Shown here in pieces: positions 10,230 to 21,560 of a stretch of 64,000 nt of DNA. A program made the translations under genes and the position numbers. Each line of letters starts with the position of its first letter. Positions within the stretch are counted from its first letter, which is position 1. This stretch comes from Marsupella aquatica (Eukaryota > Plantae > Marchantiophyta). The notes beneath the pieces are model-generated. The model ran no database searches and had not been told where the DNA came from. It saw only the letters and a program-made list of their open reading frames with translations. The stretch lies in contig OZ316894.1 of the NCBI GenBank assembly GCA_973895155.1, forward strand, positions 14,461,680-14,525,679, given 5' to 3'.

Positions 10230-12740
10230 TTAGCCGTTTCATCCAATTGGTCTACATCCTTTACTTCCTCCGGAATTGCAGCTAAAAAGGTGGATTCTAT
10301 TGTAAAGCAGTCCTCGACCTCTTCGTCTTCTTCTTCCAAGTCACCTTCCATTGGTTCTTGCCATAATCCGCTGGGGGGTACCTCTGGTCCAAAGACACCT
10401 TCTTCGGTTAGGTTAGTGAGGCATTCTAACCAACGTACTTCATCGGCTGACTCCAGTCCACTGTCGTACCCATCTACTTCCCTTATGCTTTTCCTATGGT
10501 CATCCTTAGTATCCCAGGATACCGTGATAGAGGGGGTCCCGAAAGTGAACTGCTTTTTACCCCAATCTTCTATTACCTCGGCTAGGTACAGCCATGGCCT
10601 ACCAATCAATAGCCGGAATGACGTAGGATTTACCGGCTTCATTACTACATAGTTAATGCTAAAGAAGATACCTCCTATCTCTGTCTTGATGCCGGTTAAC
10701 ACTCCCGTCGGAATGACCTGATATCCATTGGCCATGTTCAACACTCTTCCAGTCATCTCCGGTGTTAGACCCCACCCTTTTGCTGTTGAATCAATCATAA
10801 TACATACCCCTGATCCTCCATCGATGGGTACCCGTAGTAATAATTCTCCTTGAATCATTAATGGTAATGCTGGGGCTCCTTGATCTTCTTCTATCATTAG
10901 TACGTCGGATCTGGTTGCTACCTTGGGTAATCTCGGCTTGCCGAGAATAGCCTTCCTTAATTGCTTCCGGAAGTACGGGCTATTTTTCAATAGTTGACCT
11001 ACTGTTGCCGAGACTCTAGATTCTAGTACATCTTTAGCCAGGTCATAGGGAACAATCGGCTTCTCTTCTGGTGGTGTTTCCGTCTTGGATTCGGCCAGTT
11101 TTGCCACGCTAGTCTCCACAGCTGTTGGGTCTTCCGAAGCAAACAATGCTTTTGCTCGTTTTACATCCTTGGCAATGGCTTCGGTATTCTCCAGGGTTTC
11201 TAATTCTCTTAGTTGTTCCTTAACACTAGCCGTAACAGAGGGGTAGAACAACTTAGGATGATCTCGATTGAAGTCGCTATCTTGTGAAGGATTGGTTTCA
11301 CTGGTGGGCTCATGGCTTACCTGTATTGCCGGAGCCCTCCCTTCTCCTTCTGTTGATGTTGACGAAGAGTCGATCCTTTCCTCCGTAACCTTCCCTTTAT
11401 TTTTGGCCAGCCCATCCCACCTTTCCTTCCTTCTGGTAGATCGAGTAGAGACCCGGTAGCAATCATGATCTAAATCCTCCTCTGAGAAGGTTGATAGGGC
11501 TTCGGCCTCATCATCAGATGGTACGAACTCTGCCTCGGCATCCTCTTGCCATCCTAGTTCGATGTGGTTGATTTGAACTCCTCCGGGGGTAGTACCTGGC
11601 GGTAAGATCTTGATCGGCAAAAGCTTATGATTTGCGGCCAGGCCTGCCAACCAAGTAGGCCATTGCCCTAGCATATGACCTTCCTGTCGGCATCCCATAC
11701 ATAGCTGAGCTGGTTGTCCATCACCCTGTTTGCGTGCATTCGGGCATTCTCTAGCAAAATGGCCAGGTTGACCACAATTATAGCACGCCGCAAATCTTTG
11801 CACATTCGGCCTAGGAGGTACTGACGGGTTCTGAATAATCCGAGGATACATCTCTCCTGGATTGTTCCTTAACCCTAACCACAGAGATGCAGGTCTGTTG
11901 GATAGGTCTCGTGCTCCAGTCTCACTGATGCCGAAAACACTATCAGCGGCATCTCCCAAAAAGTACTCTACTTCTCCCTGACATGGTCTGATCTCGGCCA
12001 CATGCCGAACATGATTAGTATTAAGCTTAGGACACGCATCTTTATGGTGTCCGGTTTTATAACATAAGGCACACCATACAGAGCTATCCTCCTGTACTAC
12101 CTTCTTCTTTGGTTTTACCTTTGCAATGATAGCCTTAAGTTGCTCGGTAAGGGCTACGATGTTATCTGGTGGCTTAGCCTCCATCTTGACTTTCGTCTTC
12201 CCTCTCCTTCTGCCCTTCCTTTTCCTAGTTTTTTCTTCTTCAGAACTAGAAGATGACTCACTCTTGCTACTCCCACTATCTGAGCTTGACTTATCACTTC
12301 TAGACTTCTTGGAATGTTTCTTCTTCTTATCTTTTTTCTTATGGGGTGATCCCTCCTCTGATGAGGAACTCTCAGACTTAAGCTGTTTCTTCCGGCTTGT
12401 GATATCTGCATTAATGTATAATTGAATATCCTTAATTGCTTCGGCTAAAGTCTCCGGGTTCTCCTTCCTAATTGCAAAACTCATCTTCTGTGGCAAAGCA
12501 TTCACCAACCATTGAAGTTGCATACCTTCAGATGCATTGGTCTTTGTACGTCTTACCAGTTTCTGAAAGCGTTGCAAGAACTACCTGAAGGATTTGTTCT
12601 CCTTGAACCGAAGTTGTCCCAACTTCAGCACTGCTAGTTCTGAAGTTCCAATGGGTCGAAACTCCTTAACAAAGAGTGTTTTGAAGATATCCCAGATGGC
12701 TTGATCTTCCACATCTAATGCTCTGTACCATTCTAACCTA
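10181..12740 (-). pseudogene. gag: Gypsy Gag-protease, 5'-truncated, one in-frame TAG at 12581-12583
   Basis: LEWYRAL...W..FKTLFVKEF capsid-like motif; zinc knuckles CALCYKTGHHKDAC and CYNCGQPGHFAREC plus a degenerate third; protease IDGGSG...LLIGRPWL. Confidence 0.9.
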
Positions 12741-14025
12741 ACCGAAGAAGGTGTCTCTCTATTTCCGGCCCATTCTTGCTGTGATGCTACTTCAGGGTGA
12801 TGTAGAGGTGGAGGATCCAGATTTAGTTCTGGCATATTTTGGAAATTTGGCAGCTTATGCCCTAGATTTTGTGGTTTCTTTTCTCATGCAGAGTAAGAAA
12901 TCTACTTCTCCCCAGAACGTTTACCTTCCTCGAGAGCCCAAGGTTACCCTTGTTTCAACCAGTTCATTAGCTGAGAAATAGAGAATCTTTAAGTCTTTAA
13001 GTCTACCGCATTCACCAGATTACGCCTTTATGTTTTTATGCTTTTACGCGATTACGTCTTTACGCTTTTACGCTTTTACGGGTTCTTACTTAGCCATTTT
13101 CTGGCTTTTCACTTACTAAATCGCTGTTTTGACTTTTTGAGGAGTATGAAGAGGCATGTCTCTTCGACCCTATGACCTCTTACCCTGTAGGTTTTTACTA
13201 TAAGACCCCTCCACCACTAGTGTAGAAGTATGGTTAAGTTTTGCATTTTTGCCTCTACCTTGTGTTAAACCCATTGATCATGAATCTATGAGTTCGAGAT
13301 TAGGTTTAACATTTGGAGAGACTTACCTCCTTCTTGTGTTTTTACCTCTGATTATAAACACAGGAAGTAAAATCCATTTGTAAGAAATCTTTGGATCTTG
13401 TGATGATAGATTCCTTTTTGGTGATTCATTGCAATCTCCTGAGTTCTTAAAGTTAACTCATTGAGTTTAAGTCTTATTGGAATTGATGGATTTTCTTTCA
13501 TGTCACTTAGTACCATCTAAATGTTGAAGTAGCTACCTTTTAGATTTTATCTGAGTAACACTTAGAAAGAAAGGATAAGACATGTTTACGGCATTTTAAA
13601 AGGTACTCTAGTAAGCATTTTAGATCTGAAAAGCAAATATGGATTTGAATCCTTAAGTCTTTTCATTTTGACTTATGTCTAAGGAGTAACCTTGGTCTAT
13701 TCCAAACTCCCTTAGCATACTTTGAGATTATTTTCCTTGTATTTTGTTAATCATTCCCTTTTCATTAATTTATGGTTACATGATGCTGAGTTATCATTGA
13801 AAACTACTCACCGATGTGGAGCGATCTTCAAAATACCTTAGTAAAGTAAACAATCCTGATTACTATGTGTTAAAGAGAGTTCTTAAACTCTCATTTGTGT
13901 TTTTATGTATCAAATCAACCCCATCTTGTTCTTTACAGGAACGAATACCGAGTTTGAAGACCTATAAATGTGTTTTTGGTTCTTCATAGCAAACTACATG
14001 AGATTTTTGGCGCCGCTGCCGGGGA
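12741..14025 (+). mobile_element. Probable LTR remnant followed by an Athila-like primer-binding site
   Basis: TGGCGCCGCTGCCGGGGA at 14008-14025 resembles the Athila-type PBS TGGCGCCGTTGCCGGGGA. Upstream DNA is AT-rich, ORF-poor and has TTTTACGC microrepeats. Boundaries approximate. Confidence 0.5.
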
Positions 14026-14784
14026 ACAAATCAAGGAAGGTTTGAAGTACAGGCAGTGAATGCCAAAAGAAGGTTTTAATTCAGTAAAAGTGATGGAATA
14101 AAAATAAGGGTGATTGCCACTATGGAACCTATTGGAGAATGGGCAATTCCAATGCTAGAAATTCGACCTTATACAGTGGAAAATGCACCAGAGGCATTTA
14201 GAGAGAGAGTTGGAGGAGAAAATCCTGCCACAATTTTGGAAAGAAAGAGGAAAGCTAAGGCCAAGAGGGAAAGATTTAATGGTGCTTAGTAGGGGAATAT
14301 CCTTGCCAAGCAAGAGATGGTGAGGAAAAGCAGACCTCAGAAAAGAGAAAGAGCCTTGATTAGGTCTAGGGATAATCAAACACACACGATTATCAGTGTC
14401 ACTGCATGAGATAGAGCAACTATTTTGAGAAGGCAAGCGTCCAACCAAAGAAGGGGAAGCTACTTTTGGGGTGGCGAATTGGTGAAGGTTGACTCATGGG
14501 ACACCAATATTCTGTATGATTGTGTGTTTGTTTTCAGAAGAGCCATAGATGGAAGACTGGAATTGATTGAAGCCACTCAAGATGATGAATTTGATGCCAA
14601 TTTTATTCCCCCCTTACTAAAAGAACATGACATTAAGGAGGAAATATTGGAGGAGGAACTTGAGTATCAATTAAGGAAAGCATTGGCAAGATTAAAAGGG
14701 GATCCCTTATGGAGAAACCAACTTGATTATGTTTTAACAGAGTTTTATCAGGACAATCCCAATTTAATACTTCGGGAGGAAAGA

Positions 14785-17700
14785 CCGGTTATTTTTGAGC
14801 TCCCCCCATTCACAGGAATGTACACAAAGGGTGCCTTCTTCTTGGGTATGGAGCGGAGAAATGACTGCTACTTGTGGAGCAAGCTCATCGAGACAGGGGC
14901 CCAAATTGGACCCAACCTGAACAAGGGAGGCTTCAAGTATAAGATTGGGAATGTGAGATGCCTGGGCTCTTTGCAATGTCCACATTCAGATTGTCCGGCT
15001 TTTACAAGTAAGAATGAGCGCAATTGCATAGAATGGCAGCGAGATAGGGGTGGGAGAAATGAGGTTCCATTTCCTGTTGGGCAACTAGTTCCAGCAGAGA
15101 GTGTGATTTGCGCCTTTTGTGATCGGCCTCCTAAGTGTATAGCCAAGTGTCCAGCCGAAATGTTCTACATAACTCCGATCTCTCATGACCATTACATTTA
15201 CAAGCACATGACACGTGTTGCTATGCATGTTGGGAGTCACTCACATCCGGCCAAATTTGTTCTCAAGAAAGATCGAAAAGCTTTCTTACATAAGTTGATG
15301 GAGGAGAAATTGAAGAAGAATCCTCATGCAATGCCGTCTGTGATCAAGAGTGACACAATTAAAGCTCTAAGGGATATTTTTGATGACAAGGTTGCTGGGA
15401 TTGTCACATTTGAGGAAGCACGGGATCTGAATGAAACATTAGCAATCCTATCAGATCGATCAATTGTAAGATCTATGATACAGAGCATACGCAAGTATAC
15501 CCATGCCTCATCCGACCTCCAAGTCATCCTTGATCTTAAAAAAGAAACAGTGTTTTCATTTGTCCAGAGCACTCTATTTCCAAACCAGAAGCTAGATACA
15601 GATGAGCGCCCACACATTTTCAAGATGATTGTAAAGGGTCCAGGGTCTGGAATCGATCTCATTCGAAGGATGTAGCCTGGTGGAGATCTACAAGACTCAT
15701 GGGTGATGTTTGATGTCATGCATCGGATGACTGAGAAGCAATGGTGCACAATGTCAGCTCATGTATACGACCACCTATACAGAGGTCTCTGCACAATTTT
15801 TGTATGCGAGCTAGTTTCGAAAGATACTGTTGCACTACAAACTGCATGGAAGGTCATGAAGCGAGTGTGTAAGGCAAATAGGCTTGACAATGTTACGTTT
15901 TGTGGGTTCATTGCCGATAATGCTGCAGCTGGGTGGAATGCAGTTTGAAACACATTCTGGGATGGAAGAGTTAATTCTCAAAAGGTGCGATCTGATGCAT
16001 TTCACTGGGCGCAATCAGTGGAGAAGATGACAAAGAAATACATTCTTCCAGGCAAAGCAGTTGAGCATAAGGAGCTTCTGGATTCATTGAGGGACGCTGC
16101 CAATGTGGTTCTTGCATTTCGGACTTTTGAGAAGATGAAGGATTGATGGAAAAATGGGAATGCAATCAAAGGAAAAACCAAGTCACTGGAGACATGGCTT
16201 TCGTGGTGGATTGTGCGATTCTTCCAGTGGGGAAACTTTATTCGGCTGGTAAGTCTATGAATTCTTAGTAATATTCTATCTCAGAGAGCCTCTCCGAGAT
16301 GGAACATATGGGTAATCTCCGAGATGGAAGACGTGGGTCATCTTTGTCGAGGCTCTCCAAGATGGAAGAGGTGGGTCATCTTGGAGAGGCTCTCTGAGAT
16401 GGAACATATGAGTCATCTCGGAGAGGCTCTCCAAGATGGAAGAGGTGGGTCATCTCGGAGAGGCTCTCCAAGATGGAATATATGGGTCATCTCGGAGAGG
16501 CTCTCCAAGATGAAAGAGGTGGGTCATCTGGGAGAGGCTCTCCGAGATGGAAGAGGTGAGTCATCTCGGAGAGCCTCTCCCAGATGAAATAAATGGGTGA
16601 CTCGGAAGACATGTTAGAGAGCCAACTTTTGTTTTGTAACACGGTTCATCTTAGAGAGGCTCTCCGAGATGAAACACTGGTCATCTTGGAGAGCCTCTCC
16701 AGGATGGACCCTGTTGGACATGTTACAGATGTACAAGATGACCCATGTACATTTTTTGGTAATACTCTTTTCTTTGATTTTTGTGTAGGACATGGACAGA
16801 ACTAAGTCTGCATTGATGCTGAACCATAGCGGGGCAGAATCCGTGCATGCCGCGATGCGCCGATGATCTTCCACAATAAAGATTGGGATAGTGCAATCTT
16901 GTATAACGGATGCAACCCGTGCATCAAATCAAATTGGTGCCCTTGTGAACTACACGACCCACGGGAGGAAGGGCCGTGGCCCAAGCCTCTTTGAACTTTA
17001 TCTCCAAGATGCCAGGATGGTTGGGAATGTTAAGAGTTTCTTCCCAAAGTTAAATACGGTGATGACTCAACCGGAGATGGTTGAATATGCTTTGGGGGAC
17101 CCAATTCCTGGTGACTATGAAACTCAACGAATGCCGGTGCGAGGCAAGGTTCCAGCTGATGCTATTGCAGTAGAAGACTCCCATCGCGATGATGTCATTC
17201 TAGTAACGCGACCTAAAAAGCGGAAGTTCAAGGGGATTTCAAGCCAAGATGCAAACTCGAAAAGTACCATTCCTGACGTGGTCGACTTGTCAACCTCGTC
17301 AGACTCTCCTACAAGCTCTGGTGGATCAGATGTGGTAATTTTGGAGAGCCCAGTACAGCGTGCGACAAGGTCAGCACGTGTCCCTCCACCATCAACCCCA
17401 AGGAGGTCAACTCGAGTGCCTCCTCCGCCCCCAACAAGGGCAACACGTGTTCCACCTCCTCCAACCCCAACAAGGTCAATACCAAGGTCACCCCTTGTTT
17501 GTCCACCAATGCGGTTTGCTGAACCTTTGCATAATAGAGGCCAACAAAGACAAGTTCAGGAGAGCAATGTGATGTCAGGAATGTTTTTTTTGTCTCGCAT
17601 CAGTCGCCATGGAAGTGGTCCCGCTTGTAGAGGTGCCTTCAAAGGCACAGAACGTCCAGCATGCGGTCTATACATCAAAGAGGTGGGGTTTCGTCATGCA

Positions 17701-18426
17701 ACGTTGGGTGTGGTAGGATTGTGCTTATTGGCTGGGAGCAGTTACAAGGATCCAAACATTCCACAAAAGTTTTGGTTTTGCCCAAACAACAAGTGTTGCC
17801 AGAAATCCTCCATGGCATATGTTACTGGGCGGCTGCCCCCACTACCGGAGAAGGTCCCAGTTGCTCGAGGAACCTATCTAACACAAGATGAAGTTGATTT
17901 TCTCCATGTGAATGAATTGAATGTGGTACAGACCATCATTCTTGGTGATTCAATGGTGAGTCATGGCGATGTAATTGTGGACTTGAATAGTTACCCTGAG
18001 CAGTTGGATCCATTGAAGCCTGATGTCAGGCTGAGCCGGCGCAATGGCCGCTTACGGCGAAGGAGATCGGTTGTGACGGCAAATGCAAAGAAACGTATTG
18101 AGAGTGCCAAATCCGAGTTGATGAGGTTCACTTCCATGACTCGAATTGAAAAAGGGAATGCAACTGGCTTACGAGTGGTACTTTCCAACACTCATTGTGA
18201 CCGCAATTCAGCCCATTGTGTACAGATATGTGTGTTTCCAACTTGCTCTTGTCAAGATTTCATCATGAGAGATATTGGAAGATACTTCTTTCCTTGCAAA
18301 CACTTGTATTGGTGCTATAAAAACATTTGTGGACGAGATCTAGAGAGCGACCAAGAGATCCACCAGCCAATCTTGACACTTAGCGAGGTTCGTAAATTGG
18401 TGTCAAATGTAGCAGGCTCAGGGTGA
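14785..18426 (+). pseudogene. Mutator-like DDE transposase, divergent subfamily 1 (GCM-like Zn domain, DDE, SWIM), 5'-truncated
   Basis: VIFELPP, CLGSLQCPHSDC, HVGSHSHP, MFDVMHR, FIADNAAAGWNAV, DAFHW, intron 16249-16788, SGAESVH, SWIM CSCQDF...PCKH. Several premature stops. Confidence 0.85.
16278..16705. repeat. Intronic array of about 38-bp units built on ATCTCGGAGAG-N-CTCTCCGAGAT
   Basis: About 10 palindrome copies inside the transposase intron. Confidence 0.9.
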
Positions 18427-18512
18427 ATGCATGTCAAAGATGTTTCGGGTTTAGTGGGTAGAACGATACACTTTTGTATCCTTTCATAATAATAAATGTT
18501 CAAGATTTCAAA

Positions 18513-19240
18513 TGATGTTGATCCCATCTCGGAGAGGCTCTCCAAGATTCCAAGTGAGGTTGATCCCATCTCGGAGAGGCTCTCCGAGATTCTAAGTGAC
18601 GTTGATCCCATCTCGGAGAGGCTCTCCAAGATTCCAAGTGAGGCTGATCCCATCTCGGAGAGGCTCTCCGAGATTCCAACCTAGTGTTGATCCCATCTCG
18701 GAGAGGCTCTCCGAGATTCCAAGTGACGTTGATCCCATCTCGGAGAGGCTCTCTGAGATTCCAAGTGATGTTGATCCCATCTCGGAGAGGCTCTCCGAGA
18801 TTCCAAGTGACGTTGATCCCATCTCGGAGAGGCTCTCCGAGATTCCAAGTGACGTTGATCCCATCTCGGAGAGGCTCTCCGAGATTCCAAGTGACGTTGA
18901 TCCCATCTTCGAAGAGGCTCTCCGACATTCCAAGTGATGTTGATCCCATCTCGGAGACGCTCTCTGAGATTCCAAGTGATGTTGATCCCATCTCGGAGAC
19001 GCTCTCCGAGATTTAAACCCAGTGTTTTTGGCAATCTCGGAGAGGCTCTCCAAGATTCAAACCCAGTGTTGATCCCATCTCAGAGAGGCTCTCCGAGATT
19101 GCAACAATTGTTGGAGACTTTGGTGACCAATCTTGGAGAGGCCTCCGAGATTGACACAAAATAGGACGTCAATCTCGGAGATGCCTCCGAGATTGATTAA
19201 AAAAAAGGGGTCAATCTCGGAGAGGTCTCCAAGATTGTCC
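18513..19240. repeat. Tandem array of 42-bp units (GTTGATCCC-ATCTCGGAGAGGCTCTCCGAGAT-TCCAAGTGAC), decaying 3'
   Basis: About 12 near-perfect units at 18513-19010 plus degenerate ones; each holds an 11-1-11 palindrome. Confidence 0.95.
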
Positions 19241-20306
19241 AAAAAAATGTCGGTGACTGATATCAGTCACTAATAACTGATGAGATTGCTCCTCTCTCCG
19301 AAAGAGATTCCTCTCTAAACACTTTGCATCCTCTCAAAAACTTTGGTACAACTCCATTTGGATATGGAAACCCAAACTTCTTTACTTGATTCTAACATTT
19401 ATCTCGGCTACCTCTCCATCCAAGGGTTCCATTACAAGGCGGTCCACACCATATTTTCAAGTCCGTTGTAGATGCCGGCCCTTGAAGCTATATCAATTCC
19501 ATAGAGGAAATTGAACAACAGTATTTGGGCTCAAACCATAGTAGGTAAGGTGACAACAGGCATAGACAATCTTGTTGTTTGATCAATGAGCTAGAGGGTG
19601 TCTCAACGCCTACAACTTCTTCAAGATTGTTATTTAATTTGCGTCAAATTCATGATACCACTTCCACCAGCAAAAGACGTGGAACACATCTTTTCAAAGT
19701 CAATGGAATGCAGATTTCTCATATTCTACCCAATAGTATTCAGTGATGTAACTAGGATAGAATCATGTTTGTGAGAGTTTTGTGCTAAGATATTCCTAGT
19801 CCCATGTCCTTTCCTTATCACTCATCTAGTTTTCACATCATTCTCCATTGAATAGAATAGTTCTTTTCAAATCAAATTTCTCTTTGTAGTCTCTAAGACC
19901 TAAAGATCAAACTAAAAAACTTCCATAGTAGTGTCCAACGCTAGTATGGACGACATGCTTAATTCCTAAAATCTAGTATGATCATAATTGCATCAGGTGC
20001 TAACCCAAAAAACAAGGCAAGTTAATTATGATTAGTGAACTTGTTTGGCAGTCAATACCTAGAATTATCATTTGCAAATGACAAACATCATTATATTATT
20101 TGAGTCGTTCATCCATAAATGACTTTTGTCTTAGTTATCTTAATGAAATTCCTTTGAATTTTTTTGAATGATTTCAAAATAGGGCAAAGCGCTTAAGAGA
20201 AAGTTAGATTACAATAGGAAATAATCCATAAATTAGCATCTGGAGCTTTCTCATGACCCACAAATTGGTGAAAAAGAGTCATAAAACGACTAACAATAAT
20301 GATGAT

Positions 20307-20735
20307 TTTTACTAGCGCCAAGAGCTAGTAATGTCCCACTTGCCTGGATCCTCAAGAATGACTCTATTTTGAATTTTTTTGGGTAAAACTTGGGCCAATA
20401 AAAGCAATTAAATGTAATAATTATTACTAGCGCCGAGAGCTAGTAATGTCCCACCTGCATAGACCCTTAGGAATGACTCTATTTCAAACATTTTGGGTAA
20501 AAATTGGGCCACAAAAAGCAACATAAGTTAATACTTATTACTAGCATCGGGAGCTAGTAATATCTCACCTGCTTGGACCCTTGGGAATGACTCTATTTGA
20601 ACATTTTGGGGCAAAATGTTGGGCGACAAAAAGCAACAAAATTTCATGGTTATTACTAGCGCCAAGAGCTAGTAATTTCCCACCTGTTTGGACCCTTACA
20701 AATTATACTATTTTGAACATGTTTAGGGTAAAATA
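20307..20735. repeat. Tandem repeat of about 115 bp, 4 copies, each opening with a TTACTAGCGCCRAGAGCTAGTAA palindrome variant
   Basis: Units start at about 20307, 20421, 20536 and 20651. The palindrome matches the family found in elements A and B. Confidence 0.85.
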
Positions 20736-20761
20736 AGAAAAAAGAGTGCAAACATTGAAAG

Positions 20762-20921
20762 TGTTATAACCCCAAGGTTAGGTTAACATTAAACCTTCAA
20801 TTAGACTATTATGGTAGCTATCCTAACTACCCAAGGATGTACATATTGAGACTATAAGTCTCCACACTCTAATGATGAAAGTGGTAGTTGGTGTTTATCT
20901 CTCAACACGTTATCAGCACGA
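20762..20921 (+). mobile_element. Short copia (Bianca-type) LTR plus PBS remnant
   Basis: Starts TGTTATAACCCC like the LTRs at 41132(-) and 57767(+); ends CAACA, followed by CGTTATCAGCACGA, which I recall as the Bianca-type PBS. Confidence 0.65.
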
Positions 20922-21560
20922 GCCTAGAACGGCTGATTTTTTTTGGCTATGGCCAATTGAGGAGAAAGTTACAATTTGCTCCAAGGGCTTAGGACCAGCG
21001 TACAATCATTCTTTTACTTTGTGTGACGCCGCCAGCACGACTGGTAATGAGTAATCCGGCCTAATCCGTGCTGAGCACGCACGCTACGGACTTAGTAGTT
21101 ATTAGCATAGCGACACTAAAATAGTTAGTAATCCTGAATAGGACAAGATTAGTCAATAAAGAGCATTCACGCTCGGGCTGGCGGCAGAGCGCCAACCGTA
21201 CCGCCGGGTTACAAGCACGTTATGGATGTCTGCCTTGGGTCCATATAACGGATTGCAAAGCGGCTCTCTAACATGCCCTGATTCAGACCTACGGAGTGGC
21301 TGGTACACTGTAAGCATGAAAAGATTGGCCTATCAGAAAAGGGCAAGGGCCGATCAACCAACATCCCACCAGGGTATAAAAGGCAAGCCATTCCCTTGCT
21401 TAGTATTGGCACTTCACTCCTCGTGCCAACTTTGATCCCAGCTCATCCGCTACTTCCTTAGCTATCCACCACACCTCACCATATATCTGTCACGATTATG
21501 TCCAGTTTGGCCATTTTCTTTTGGCTTCAATTTCTGTCCATTGGTAATCATCTAGCAAAA

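Larger units (their letters stand above)
2339..12740 (-). mobile_element. Ty3/gypsy LTR retrotransposon, 5'-truncated within gag, with an extra 3' ORF
   Basis: Domain order gag(CCHC)-PR-RT-RH-IN on the minus strand. Homology of the ParB gene to element A breaks exactly at TG 2339. No second LTR found. Confidence 0.9.

Noticed and set aside
14425-14784. N-terminus of the subfamily-1 transposase as given by the ORF track
   Set aside because: No similarity to the A/B transposases before VIFELPP, and it follows an Athila-like PBS, so it is probably a chance fusion with retroelement DNA.
18513-19240. CRISPR-like array of palindromic repeats
   Set aside because: The sequences between palindromes are near-identical, not unique spacers; no cas genes; eukaryotic context.
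16278-19242. Repeat-protein ORFs (RRASPRW..., ISERLSEIPSDVDP...)
   Set aside because: Artefacts of translating the tandem palindromic arrays; they are open in several frames on both strands.
19252-19271. GTGACTGATATCAGTCAC palindrome as the terminus of the subfamily-1 element
   Set aside because: Single occurrence with no partner TIR or TSD, so the end of that element could not be defined.
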